DNA of 64,000 nt from Acidobacteriota bacterium (GTDB lineage Bacteria > Acidobacteriota > UBA890 > WLXD01). Positions 11,514-26,083 of the stretch are shown piece by piece. Position numbers and translations under genes: made by a program. The stretch is from positions 1,536,001 to 1,600,000 of the forward strand of contig CBDBHB010000009.1 in assembly GCA_965205505.1 (NCBI GenBank), read 5' to 3'. How positions within the stretch are numbered: position 1 is the stretch's first letter; every line of letters starts with the position of its first letter. The notes under the pieces are model-generated. The model made no database searches. It had not been told where the DNA came from and saw only the letters and a list, made by a program, of their open reading frames with translations.

Positions 11514-12875
11514 ATGGGCTCGTTTGTCGACGACATCCTCGCTGCCGTAAAGGCCATCAATCCGGCCGAGCCGGAGTTCCATCAGGCCGTTCACGAAGTG
11601 CTGGAGTCGCTCGAGCCGGTGCTCGAGCAACGCCCGGAGTATCGACGCTACAAGATCGTCGAGCGCATGGTGGAGCCCGAGCGGGTGATCATGTTCCGTG
11701 TTCCCTGGGTCGACGACAGCGGCACCGTGCAGGTGAATCGAGGATTCCGGATCGAGATGAACAGCGCCATCGGCCCCTACAAGGGCGGCCTGCGCTTTCA
11801 CCCCTCGGTAACCCTCGGAATCCTGAAGTTCCTCGCCTTCGAACAGGTGTTCAAGAACGCTCTTACGACGCTGCCGATGGGGGGCGGCAAGGGCGGCTCG
11901 GACTTCAACCCTAAAGGTAAGAGCGACACCGAGGTGATGCGTTTCTGCCAGAGCTTCATGAGCGAGCTGTGCCGCCATATCGGACCCAACACCGACGTGC
12001 CCGCCGGTGATATCGGCGTCGGGGGACGCGAGATTGGGTTCCTTTTCGGTCAGTACAAGCGTCTTCGCAATGAATTCACCGGTGTGCTCACCGGCAAGGG
12101 CCTGGGCTGGGGCGGCTCGTTGATCCGCCCGGAGGCCACCGGTTACGGGTCGGTCTATTTCGCCGCGGAGATGGCGGCCACTCGGGGCGAGACGCTCGAG
12201 AACAAGGTGTGCCTCGTATCGGGCTCCGGCAACGTGGCGCAGTTCACCGTCGAGAAGATCCTGCAGCTGGGTGGCAAGGTCGTGACGCTCTCCGACTCCA
12301 GCGGATCGATTTACGACGAGACGGGGATCGACGGCGAGAAGCTCGAGTTCGTCAAGGAGCTGAAGAACGCGCGTCGGGGCCGCATCAAGGAGTACGCCGA
12401 GAAGTACCCCAAGGCGGTGTACTCGGTCGAGAATCCCGACGACGATCACAACCCGCTCTGGGATCACCCAGCCGATTGTGCCTTCCCTAGCTCGACGCAG
12501 AACGAGATCAACGGGAAGGATGCCGCAAATCTGCTGGCCGGCGGCGTCTGGCTAGTCTGCGAGGGCGCCAACATGCCGACTACGCTCGACGGGGTAGACG
12601 CGTTCATTGACGCCGGCATTCTGTTCGCTCCGGGCAAGGCCGCCAATGCGGGGGGGGTGGCCACGTCGGGGCTCGAGATGTCGCAGAACAGCATGCGACT
12701 GTCGTGGAGTCGTGCCGAGGTCGACGGCAAGCTCCATGGCATCATGCGTGAGATCCACCGCGCCTGCCAAACGACATCGGAGCAGTTCGGGGTGCCCGGC
12801 AACTACGTGTTGGGAGCCAATATCGCGGGCTTCGTCAAGGTGGCGGACGCGATGATCGACCAGGGGGTCGTGTAG
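11514..12875 (+). CDS. gdhA: NADP-specific glutamate dehydrogenase
   Basis: GPYKGGLRFHP, GGGKGGSDF, DVPAGDIGVG, RPEATGYG, GKAANAGGV; RBS GAGAGGA before ATG 11514. Confidence 0.96.
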   Translation: MGSFVDDILAAVKAINPAEPEFHQAVHEVLESLEPVLEQRPEYRRYKIVERMVEPERVIMFRVPWVDDSGTVQVNRGFRIEMNSAIGPYKGGLRFHPSVTLGILKFLAFEQVFKNALTTLPMGGGKGGSDFNPKGKSDTEVMRFCQSFMSELCRHIGPNTDVPAGDIGVGGREIGFLFGQYKRLRNEFTGVLTGKGLGWGGSLIRPEATGYGSVYFAAEMAATRGETLENKVCLVSGSGNVAQFTVEKILQLGGKVVTLSDSSGSIYDETGIDGEKLEFVKELKNARRGRIKEYAEKYPKAVYSVENPDDDHNPLWDHPADCAFPSSTQNEINGKDAANLLAGGVWLVCEGANMPTTLDGVDAFIDAGILFAPGKAANAGGVATSGLEMSQNSMRLSWSRAEVDGKLHGIMREIHRACQTTSEQFGVPGNYVLGANIAGFVKVADAMIDQGVV

Positions 12876-12902
12876 CGGGGACTCCGGATCTCAGGACTAT
12901 CG

Positions 12903-17789
<4,887 letters not shown>

Positions 17790-17997
17790 AGAGCGCTCGC
17801 CCCAAAACTGGGGATTTGTCGAGGTGGGGGAGCAAGAAAGCCACACCCAATCGGGGATCGTGACGTCTTGGCAGGCAGCTGAATCGTAGCGGGTTCTTGC
17901 TCCGCGGCAGTGCGTCCAACTACCATGCCGGTCTGCTGTCGCCGGTTCATGCACCGGTCCTTGCCAGGGTTGCCGCAGGGCACCTGCTGGAGTCGCT

Positions 17998-19023
17998 GTG
18001 GAGCTTCCGGAAACTATCGGCCGGTTCGAGATCGAACGCATCCTGGGCCGCGGTGCGATGGGCGTCGTCTACCTGGCCAAGGATCCGGTCCTGGATCGCG
18101 AGGTCGCCGTCAAGGTCATTCAGCTGCACCCCGGCCTCGACGAGAAGGACGTCAGTGAGCTCAGGAGCCGCTTCGAGGTAGAAGCTCGCGCTGCCGCGCG
18201 GATGTCGCACCCCAACCTGGTGACGATCTTCGACGCCGGCCTACAGGACGAGAGCCTCTATCTGGCGATGGAGTACGTTCGTGGCGAAGCTCTCGACTCG
18301 ATCATTGCGTCGGAGCGCATACTCACGTACAAGGAAACCGCCGACATCCTGTTGCAGCTCGGCGGCGGGCTCGATTTCGCCCACGATCACGGCATTGTCC
18401 ACCGCGATATCAAGCCGGCGAACATTCTCATCAACCGGCGCGGCCAGCCCAAGATCACCGACTTCGGTGTCGCCCGCGAGGCCACTTCCAACCTCACCAC
18501 CACCGGGACGATCATTGGCACGCCGGCGTACATGTCGCCCGAGCAGATCACCGGGCACAAGGTCTCCGGCGCCTCCGATCAGTTCTCCTTGGCGGTCATG
18601 GTTTACGAGATGTTGACCGGCAGAAAACCGTTCTTCGGTGCCGGTGCTACGACGATCATGTACAAGATCGTGCACGAGGACCCCGAGCAGCTGGACGAAG
18701 TGTGCAAGACGCTTCCCGCTGGGATCAATGAGGTCGTGATGCGGGCGCTTGCCAAGGAGCCTGCGGATCGTTATGCGAGCTGCTACGAGTTCGCCGAGAC
18801 GGTGCGCGATGTTCTCGGTGCGGCGCCCGCGGACGAGGCCGTCATGCTCAGCGCGACCGCCAAGCGCAAGGCGATGGACGTCGACAAGAAGACGATGAAG
18901 CTGGCGACGCCTGCGGCGGCAGAGGCAGCCACCCAGCTTGCTACTCTGGGCGCTGTGGTCGGCGAGGCGGCGGATCAGCCGGCGGCTGCAGCGTGGCTAG
19001 CGAGCGTCACGGACTTCCTATAG
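17998..19023 (+). CDS. Hanks-type Ser/Thr kinase domain (N-part of a kinase-TM-PEGA-TonB_C protein interrupted by TAG)
   Basis: GRGAMGVVY, VAVK, HRDIKPAN, DFG, GTPAYMSPEQ. Confidence 0.9.
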   Translation: MELPETIGRFEIERILGRGAMGVVYLAKDPVLDREVAVKVIQLHPGLDEKDVSELRSRFEVEARAAARMSHPNLVTIFDAGLQDESLYLAMEYVRGEALDSIIASERILTYKETADILLQLGGGLDFAHDHGIVHRDIKPANILINRRGQPKITDFGVAREATSNLTTTGTIIGTPAYMSPEQITGHKVSGASDQFSLAVMVYEMLTGRKPFFGAGATTIMYKIVHEDPEQLDEVCKTLPAGINEVVMRALAKEPADRYASCYEFAETVRDVLGAAPADEAVMLSATAKRKAMDVDKKTMKLATPAAAEAATQLATLGAVVGEAADQPAAAAWLASVTDFL

Positions 19024-20109
19024 ACCACGAACGGCAAGATCGCCGCCGGTGGCGGTGCTGCGGTGCTGCTCGTGGTGCTGGCGATTGCCATGTTTGCCGG
19101 CGGCGGCAGCGAGTCGACTCCGGCTGCCGCGCCCTCGCCGCCTTCTGCCCCGCCGCCGGTGGCTGCAGAGCCGATTGTCGAGGCAACGACACCCGAGCCA
19201 CGGGCGGCGAGCGACTCGAGTGCCGTGGATACGGGGGCCGATCCCGAGGCGGATGCTGACGGAGGTGGCGCCGGCGACCCTGCGGATGTCGCAGGTGTGA
19301 CTGCGGTACTGGACTCCGAAGAATTGACGGCGGACGCTAATGTACCCCTGGAACCGGCTCCTATCGAGGTGGCACCGGCACCGGGAGGCGTGCTTTCCGA
19401 GGCAACGCTATTCGCCCTTGCGGAGGCGCGGAGCCAGGCGACACCGAGCGATGTCATCTACCAGTTCGTCACCAGGCCGAACGGCGCCAGTATTCTGCTC
19501 AACGGCCGTCGGCTCGACGGCACGACGCCGCTGGCGGTGGCGATCGATCCCTCAGAGCACTATTCCGTCCTGATCGAGCAAGTCGGGCACTATCCGGTGA
19601 GCTGGGCCTTCGTGGCAGAAGAGCTCCCCGAGGAACAGCAGGCGAACCGTCGCCTCTACTTCCCGATGCGTTCGGTGCCGGCGGCCCGCGTCGATCCCGA
19701 GCCGGCGACACCCGACGAGTCGGAAGAGCAGCGGACTCCGCCTCCAGTCGTGGCCGAGCCGCAGCCCTCCCCGGTCGTGGTTCTGCCGCCGGTGGATCCG
19801 GTCCAGGTGCGCGGCAGCATCACGGCTCCCGAGGTGGTGGAGAAATCTGACATCGAGCTGCCAGACTGGGCCGTCGAGATGGGTCTGCCGCGGTACGTGC
19901 TCCCGGAACTGGTGATCGACCGTGAGGCACGAGTTCGCGAGGTCGAGGTGGTCCGAGCCGTGCACCCCGAGCTCGAGCGGCTCGCGATCGAGGCGGTGCG
20001 GACGTGGCGGTTCAACCCCGCGACTCGCGACGGGGTACCGATCGACGTCTTCTTCAATGTGGCCGTAGCGTTCAATGAGCCGGATGGCGGCGGAGCAGGA
20101 CGCCCCTGA
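19024..20109 (+). CDS. TM + Pro/Ala linker + PEGA-like + TonB C-terminal-like domain; in frame with the upstream kinase
   Basis: Hydrophobic AAVLLVVLAIAMF; TRPNGASILLNG..GTTPL; AIEAVRTWRFNPATRDGVP. Confidence 0.7.
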   Translation, partial: TTNGKIAAGGGAAVLLVVLAIAMFAGGGSESTPAAAPSPPSAPPPVAAEPIVEATTPEPRAASDSSAVDTGADPEADADGGGAGDPADVAGVTAVLDSEELTADANVPLEPAPIEVAPAPGGVLSEATLFALAEARSQATPSDVIYQFVTRPNGASILLNGRRLDGTTPLAVAIDPSEHYSVLIEQVGHYPVSWAFVAEELPEEQQANRRLYFPMRSVPAARVDPEPATPDESEEQRTPPPVVAEPQPSPVVVLPPVDPVQVRGSITAPEVVEKSDIELPDWAVEMGLPRYVLPELVIDREARVREVEVVRAVHPELERLAIEAVRTWRFNPATRDGVPIDVFFNVAVAFNEPDGGGAGRP

Positions 20110-20112
20110 AGG

Positions 20113-20403
20113 GTGCGCTACGTCAGCCTCGTCGATTTGGGCTCCAATAGCGCGCGCCTTGTTGTCTTCGAGCTCGATCCCGGCAAGGGGTTTCGCCTAC
20201 TTGACGAGATCCGTGAGGTCATCCAGCTGGGCGCCGGGATCGCCCGAAACGGTGAGCTGAGCGACGACAGCATCGCGCGGGCGCTTGCGGCGCTGCGCAC
20301 GTTCTCCGACTTTGCCAAAGCTGCGTCGCTGCCGCGGCCACGCATCATGGCGACATCTGCGGTGCGCAGCGCCGCCAATCGCGACGCTCCCTGTTCCAGT
20401 TAG
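20113..20403 (+). pseudogene. ppx: N-terminal fragment of Ppx/GppA exopolyphosphatase
   Basis: VDLGSNSARL ... ATSAVRSAAN, ends after ~96 aa. Confidence 0.8.
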
Positions 20404-20468
20404 CGTACCAGCGCCGTCTGGTGCTCGTCGTGGCACCCACCTGAAGGCCGGTACCGACCGAAGCGGCG

Positions 20469-20966
20469 TCATCGTCGGTCGAGAAGACGCGGCGGCAGAA
20501 ACCACAGAAGCCTGCCGCAGGAGGGCTCGACACACGACCAGCCATCGGGTGCGAGCTTGATACAAGCGACCGCCGCGGTGGGGAAGGCTACCGAGGCGGC
20601 GCCCAGCAGCAACGACAAGGTGGCCGATAACCCGGGCTCGTGAGCGACCAGCATGACCGCTTCCAGGCTGTCATCGATCGCGCCGATCACGTCGAAGATC
20701 GCGGTTGGAAGCGCTTCGTAGAGCGCCTCCTCGAGGCGCAGGTCCGCGCTCCAAGCGCCTGCCTCGTGGGCGATCTCGGCGGTCATGCGCGCGCGCGTCG
20801 CCGTCGAGCAAACGACCAGCTCCGGGGGCCGTCTGGTCTGCGTGATCCAGCGGCCCATCGCCTTCGCGGCTCGTCGCCCCCGAGCATTGATCGGTCGTTC
20901 GTGGTCAGATCCGAAAGCCGCTCCCCAGTCGGATTTCGCATGCCGCATCAAGTACAGGGTTCTCAT
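20469..20966 (-). CDS. sixA: SixA-like phosphohistidine phosphatase
   Basis: LMRHAKSDW, DHERP, STATRA, VAHEP. Confidence 0.88.
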   Translation of the reverse strand: MRTLYLMRHAKSDWGAAFGSDHERPINARGRRAAKAMGRWITQTRRPPELVVCSTATRARMTAEIAHEAGAWSADLRLEEALYEALPTAIFDVIGAIDDSLEAVMLVAHEPGLSATLSLLLGAASVAFPTAAVACIKLAPDGWSCVEPSCGRLLWFLPPRLLDRR

Positions 20967-21105
20967 GTGCCGGTTCCTGCGTGCCGGTGTGGTTTTGCTG
21001 GCAGCTCCCTATACTAAGGTCTCTCGTGCGACGCTGATTTCGCTGCCCTGCGCGGCGCTCGCTTACCCATCCGTGATCGCGGCGCCCCATGGAATCAAGA
21101 CTGGC

Positions 21106-21549
21106 GACCCGATCATGGCGCTCTATCGTGCTTCGCGGGCCGGTGTTCAGCTCGATCTGCAGGTACGCGGCATCTGCTGCCTGCGACCCGGGGTGGAAGG
21201 CGTCAGCGAGAACATTCGCGTCAAGTCGATCCTCGGCCGTTTCCTGGAGCATGCCCGCATTTACTATTTCCGCAACGGCGGCGACGAGGAGCTGCTCATC
21301 GGCAGCGCAGACCTCATGCCGCGAAACTTCGACAACCGCATCGAAGTGCTGTTGCCGGTCCGCGACGCGGGGCTGCGCGACGGAATCCGGCGATGGATCA
21401 TGGCAACCCATTTGGCGGACAACGTCAACGCGCGGCGTCTTACTGCGGACGGCGAGTATGTTCCGTCGGACACGGCGGCGGTCGACGGGCTCGACTCGCA
21501 GCAGTGGATGATCGAACACCGGGGCACTTGGTCAACCAGCCCACTCTGA
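21106..21549 (+). pseudogene. ppk1: C-terminal fragment of polyphosphate kinase 1
   Basis: ALYRASRAGV..VRGICCLRPG..SENIRVKSILGRFLEHARIYYF..GSADLMPRN; most of the N-terminal part absent. Confidence 0.85.
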
Positions 21550-21752
21550 CACCATGTCCCGCTGCGGGCGTGGCTTGAAGCGCATCCGGTGCTCAGCGAT
21601 AATCGGCCGGCGGCGAGGCTTCGCATCGGGCCTACCGTCGCCAGTCAGCCCCGCAGCGACGGTATGAGCGAGGGGCCTGTTTCTTGGGCTCAGATGGTGA
21701 AGCCTTCACGGACTTCTGAGTCGAGCCTCGGTCGGGGTGACCGGAAGAGACC

Positions 21753-22283
21753 ATGCTTGCCGCACAGGCAACCTTCTACTACATGGCCGGAGCCAGCGTT
21801 GCGAGCGCGCTTCTGGCGGTGACCCGGAAGAACCCGGTTCACAGCATGCTCTGGGTGCTGGCGCTTTTCCTGCACGTCGCGGGCATCTTTCTGCTGCTCG
21901 GTGCTGAGTTCCTGGCGGTGGTACAGATCATCGTGTACGCGGGCGCCATTCTGATCTTTTACCTTTTCGTGCTGATGCTGCTTGACCTTCCGGGTGAGGA
22001 GGCTCGGCCGCGCTTCGGAAGACACTGGCCGTTCGCCGCTGCCGTTGGACTTTCCTTTGGAGCTCTGGCCTGGCTTGCCCAGCTCGAGACCTTCGACCGT
22101 GCCGCAGCCTCCGGCGCAACCGTCAGGCGCGTGGCGGCCGAAGCCCTGGCGCCGGGTGGTCTCGAGGAGATCGGCATGGCGCTGTTCGGCCCGTTCGCAC
22201 TGCCCTTCGAGATCGCTGGGCTGGTGCTCCTGGCCGCCATCGTGGGGGCTGTCGTCCTCGCCCGAAAGAGGGGCCCGTCTTGA
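21753..22283 (+). CDS. nuoJ: Complex I subunit J
   Basis: NPVHS, AEFLAVVQIIVYAGAI, LPFE. Confidence 0.93.
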   Translation: MLAAQATFYYMAGASVASALLAVTRKNPVHSMLWVLALFLHVAGIFLLLGAEFLAVVQIIVYAGAILIFYLFVLMLLDLPGEEARPRFGRHWPFAAAVGLSFGALAWLAQLETFDRAAASGATVRRVAAEALAPGGLEEIGMALFGPFALPFEIAGLVLLAAIVGAVVLARKRGPS

Positions 22284-22585
22284 TTCCGCCCATCGGTACG
22301 ATCCTGGGATTGAGCGCGATCCTCTTCGGGATCGGTGCGTTCGGTTTTCTCGCCCGGCGCAACATCATCCTGATGTTCGTCTCGGTCGAGGTGATGCTCA
22401 ATGCCGTAAACCTCAGTCTGGCGGGCTTCAGCCGCCACCTGGATGATCCGCGCGGCCAGGTGCTGGCCCTGTTTGTCATCGCGGTGGCGGCGGCAGAGGC
22501 AGGCGTTGGCCTGGGGCTCGTGATCGCGTTGAACCGGAACAAGCCCGGGGCTGGCGTGGCGGATCTGACCGAGCTCAAGTGGTGA
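22280..22585 (+). CDS. nuoK: Complex I subunit K
   Basis: RRNII..SVEVMLNA, VAAAEAGVGL. Confidence 0.95.
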   Translation: MIPPIGTILGLSAILFGIGAFGFLARRNIILMFVSVEVMLNAVNLSLAGFSRHLDDPRGQVLALFVIAVAAAEAGVGLGLVIALNRNKPGAGVADLTELKW

Positions 22586-22595
22586 TCCTGTCGGC

Positions 22596-24053
22596 ATGCC
22601 CTTGCTCCCGCTCCTAATCGTCCTCGTCCCGGCCGTCGGCGCACTTCTCATCGCGTGTACCGGCGAGCGGCGCGCCAACCTGCGTGAGCTCTGGTCGGTT
22701 GCGGCCGGCGTCGTCATGTTCGTCCTGACGGCGTCCATGGTTCCCGAGGTCCTGGCGGGGGGAACGCCCGGAAGCGTGCTGTTCCACATCCTGCCGGGCG
22801 TCGAGCTGGCCTTCCGAGTCGACGCTTTCGGTCTGCTGTTTGCTCTGGGCGCGTCGTTGCTCTGGATCCTCACGTCTTTTTACTCGATCGGCTACATGCG
22901 CACCCTCGAGGAGCACGCCCAGACCCGCTATTTCTCCTGCTTCGCCCTGGCGCTGTCGACCACTGTTGCGGTCGCATTCTCGGCCAACCTGTTTACCTTG
23001 TTCGTCTTCTACGAAGGATTGACCTTCGTTACCTACCCACTGGTTGCGCACAAGGAGACCGACGAGGCGCGGGCGGGGGCGCGCAAATACCTCATCTACC
23101 TTCTCGGCGCCGCGAAGCTTTGCCTGCTGCCCGCGATCATCTTGATCTACAACCTCGCCGGCACTTTGGAGTTCCGCAGCGGCGGCATCGTGGAGGCGGC
23201 GCAGGCAGCGCAACAGCCCACGCTGCTGCTGGTGATCTTCGCGCTCTTCTTGTTCGGGTTCGCCAAGAACGCGCTCATGCCGCTGCATAGCTGGTTACCG
23301 GCTGCGATGGTAGCGCCGACACCGGTGAGCGCGTTGCTGCATGCCGTGGCGGTGGTCAAGACAGGTGTTTTCTCCACACTCAGGGTGTTTCTCTTTGTCT
23401 TCGGTGCGGACGCCATGCGCGAGATCGGCGCGGATCAGCTGGCCCTAGTGGTTGCCTCGGTGACCATCCTGACGGCGTCGCTGCTGGCGCTCGGTCAAGA
23501 CAACCTCAAGGCCCGGTTGGCGTTCTCCACCGTCAGCCAGCTCTCGTACATCATCCTGGGCGCGGCGTTGCTGAATGCCAGCGGCGTTATGGGCGGGGCC
23601 GCCCACATCACCAACCACGCTGTCTCGAAGATCACGCTGTTCATGTGTGCCGGGTCGATCTACGCGTCCACGCACAAAACCGAGATCAGTCAGATGTCCG
23701 GCATCGCCCGGCGCCTGCCGTGGACCATGGCGGCGTTTGCGCTGGCCTCCCTGAGCATCGTGGGGATTCCGCTTACCAGCGGCTTCGTCTCCAAGTGGAA
23801 TATCGCTCTGGGCACCGTGGACGGCGATAGCACCGTGCTCTTGGGCGTGCTCTTGCTGAGCTCGCTGCTGAGCGCCGGGTACCTGGGCCCGGTCGTCTAC
23901 AAGGCGTATTTCGAGGAGGAATCGCCCGGCGCGGAGGAGGTTCGGGAGGTGCCGTGGATGGTGGCGCCGCTGGTGATCAGCGCCGCGGCAAGCTTACTCC
24001 TGGGTATCTTCCCGGGCTTCGTCCTGGAGTTGGCCGGCAGGGTCATGCCGTGA
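22596..24053 (+). CDS. MrpD-like proton/cation antiporter-type subunit
   Basis: FYE..YPLVAH, PLHSWLPAAMVAPTPVSALLHAVAVVK, LAFSTVSQ; 485 aa with no NuoL tail. Confidence 0.85.
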   Translation: MPLLPLLIVLVPAVGALLIACTGERRANLRELWSVAAGVVMFVLTASMVPEVLAGGTPGSVLFHILPGVELAFRVDAFGLLFALGASLLWILTSFYSIGYMRTLEEHAQTRYFSCFALALSTTVAVAFSANLFTLFVFYEGLTFVTYPLVAHKETDEARAGARKYLIYLLGAAKLCLLPAIILIYNLAGTLEFRSGGIVEAAQAAQQPTLLLVIFALFLFGFAKNALMPLHSWLPAAMVAPTPVSALLHAVAVVKTGVFSTLRVFLFVFGADAMREIGADQLALVVASVTILTASLLALGQDNLKARLAFSTVSQLSYIILGAALLNASGVMGGAAHITNHAVSKITLFMCAGSIYASTHKTEISQMSGIARRLPWTMAAFALASLSIVGIPLTSGFVSKWNIALGTVDGDSTVLLGVLLLSSLLSAGYLGPVVYKAYFEEESPGAEEVREVPWMVAPLVISAAASLLLGIFPGFVLELAGRVMP

Positions 24054-24313
24054 GCTTCTTGCAGAGGCAGCTGGAGGATCCCGTTCGCTTCGCGCGCATC
24101 AAGTGGTTGTTCTACATCGGCCTGGCGCTGATCGTGTTGGCCGAGGTCGGTCTGCCGTTGGTGTACGGACACGGCCACCCGCACTTCTCCTTCGAGACCT
24201 GGCCCGCGTGGGGGTCTGCGTACGGGTTGATCTCGTGCGTAGCGATCATCGTCATCTCGAAGCTCATCGGAAAGGCCTGGTTGATGCGCCCTGAGGGCTA
24301 CTATGAGGACTGA
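24050..24313 (+). CDS. Small 2-TM membrane protein (87 aa) of the type found between MrpD-like genes
   Basis: HGHPHFSFE..PAWGSAYGLISC...LMRPEGYYED; GTGA overlap with upstream gene. Confidence 0.7.
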   Translation: MSFLQRQLEDPVRFARIKWLFYIGLALIVLAEVGLPLVYGHGHPHFSFETWPAWGSAYGLISCVAIIVISKLIGKAWLMRPEGYYED

Positions 24314-24319
24314 GCGGCG

Positions 24320-26083
24320 ATGAGCCTCGAGTGGGTCCACCCCGGCCTTATCCTCATTTTCGGCGCGTGGGCGATACCCGTCCTCAAGGGTCAGCTCAAG
24401 CGCGCGGCGATGCTGGCGGTGCCAGCCGCGGCGGTCGTCGCCTGCTGGACGATGGCTCCGGGGACGTACGGTGCGGTGCGCTTCCTCGGGCAGGAGCTGG
24501 TGTTCGGCCGTGTCGACAGCCTCAGCCTGGTGTTCTCCTATGTGTTCTCGATCATGGCCTTCGTGGGCATGGTCTACGCGCTTCACGTCGACGACGACTC
24601 CCAGCACGTCAGCGCCCTGACGTACGCGGGCGGCGCGCTCGGGGTGACCTTCGCTGGGGACTTCCTGTCGCTCTATGTTTTCTGGGAGCTGATGGCGGTT
24701 TCCTCGGTCTTCCTGGTGTGGCTGCGCCGCGAGGAATCAGCCGTGGCGGCCGGGTTCCGCTACCTGTTGGTACACGTCGTCGGCGGCCTTGTCCTGCTGG
24801 CGGGGATCGTGCTCCACTGGTCCGCAGCGGGGTCGCTTGCGTTCGGGGACATGGGCGCGTTCTCCGGCGGCGCTGCGTGGACGCTCATCCTCATCGCCTT
24901 CCTCATCAACGCCGCGGTCCCGCCCTTCGGGGCGTGGCTTCCTGATGCCTACCCCGAGGCCACGGTCACCGGCGGCGTCTTCATGACCGCCTTCACCACC
25001 AAGTCGGCGGTCTATGTGCTGATCCGCGGGTTCGCCGGCACCGAGCTGCTGGTGTGGCTGGGAGCGGCGATGGCGGTGTATGGCGTCGTCTATGCGGTAC
25101 TGGAGAACGACGCACGCCGGTTGCTCGCGTACCACATCATCAGCCAGGTGGGCTACATGGTCTGTGGCGTCGGTATAGGAACGGCGCTGGCCATCAACGG
25201 CGCCACCGCGCACGCATTCGCGCATATTCTCTACAAGGCGTTACTGTTCATGGGCGCGGGCGCGGTGCTGCAGGTGACCGGCCGTCGCAAACTCAGCGAG
25301 ATGGGTGGTCTCTACAAGACTATGCCGATCACCCTCGGGCTCTACATGATCGGCGCATTCGCGATCTCGGCAGTGCCCTTGTTCAGTGGCTTCGTGAGCA
25401 AGTCGATGGTGGTGTCTGCCGCCGGCGAGGCCCATATGCCGTGGATCTTTCTGACGCTGACGCTGGCTTCGGCCGGGACCTTCCTGCACACCGGTCTGAA
25501 GCTCCCGTACTACATGTTCTTCGGCAAGGACTCAGGCGTGCGCGCTCAGGAGCCGCCCCGGAACATGCTGGCGGCGATGGGCCTCGCGGCGGTAGCGTGC
25601 ACCGTGATCGGGCTGTTTCCCGGGCTCCTGTACCAGTACTTGCCTAACCCAGTCGACTACCACCCCTACACGCTGGCGCACGTCACCAATACGCTCGGCA
25701 TGCTCGGCTTCACCGCGCTGGGCTTCTTCTTACTGCTCAGGCAACTCGACCCGGAGCCCAAGGTCAGCCTCGACACCGACTGGTTCTACCGCCGAGGCAC
25801 CGTCCGGTTCCTGGCCCTGGTGAACGAGCCGCTGACGCGGCTCGAGTACGGCTTCGTGGGTCAGACCTACGAGTTCGTGATTCAACGGCCGGTGTTGAGC
25901 GTGGCGCGTTTCATGCGTAGCTTCGACAGCATCGTCGTCGATTCCGGAATCATCGGCGTCGGGCGCCTGACGCAAATGGTGAGCCGGGTAACGCAGTTCG
26001 CGGTGAGCGGACATGCGCAGCAGTACGGGTTGATCATGGCGGCCGGAATCGTCGCTGTGCTCGTCTGGGTGCTGGCGCGATGA
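24320..26083 (+). CDS. MrpD-family antiporter subunit with NuoL-like C-terminal amphipathic helix
   Basis: HPGLILI, FWELMA, WLPDAYPEAT, FTTKSAVY, YHIISQVG; tail LDTDWFY...FDSIVVDSGI...VSGHAQQY + final TM. Confidence 0.85.
   Translation: MSLEWVHPGLILIFGAWAIPVLKGQLKRAAMLAVPAAAVVACWTMAPGTYGAVRFLGQELVFGRVDSLSLVFSYVFSIMAFVGMVYALHVDDDSQHVSALTYAGGALGVTFAGDFLSLYVFWELMAVSSVFLVWLRREESAVAAGFRYLLVHVVGGLVLLAGIVLHWSAAGSLAFGDMGAFSGGAAWTLILIAFLINAAVPPFGAWLPDAYPEATVTGGVFMTAFTTKSAVYVLIRGFAGTELLVWLGAAMAVYGVVYAVLENDARRLLAYHIISQVGYMVCGVGIGTALAINGATAHAFAHILYKALLFMGAGAVLQVTGRRKLSEMGGLYKTMPITLGLYMIGAFAISAVPLFSGFVSKSMVVSAAGEAHMPWIFLTLTLASAGTFLHTGLKLPYYMFFGKDSGVRAQEPPRNMLAAMGLAAVACTVIGLFPGLLYQYLPNPVDYHPYTLAHVTNTLGMLGFTALGFFLLLRQLDPEPKVSLDTDWFYRRGTVRFLALVNEPLTRLEYGFVGQTYEFVIQRPVLSVARFMRSFDSIVVDSGIIGVGRLTQMVSRVTQFAVSGHAQQYGLIMAAGIVAVLVWVLAR

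Noticed and set aside
11193-12467. 424-aa antisense ORF over gdhA
   Set aside because: Shadow frame caused by high-GC codon bias; the same applies to antisense ORFs over nuoD, nuoM, nuoN, thiC and guaA
19021-19023. Pyrrolysine decoding of the TAG
   Set aside because: No pyl genes in the window and the codon lies in a non-conserved linker
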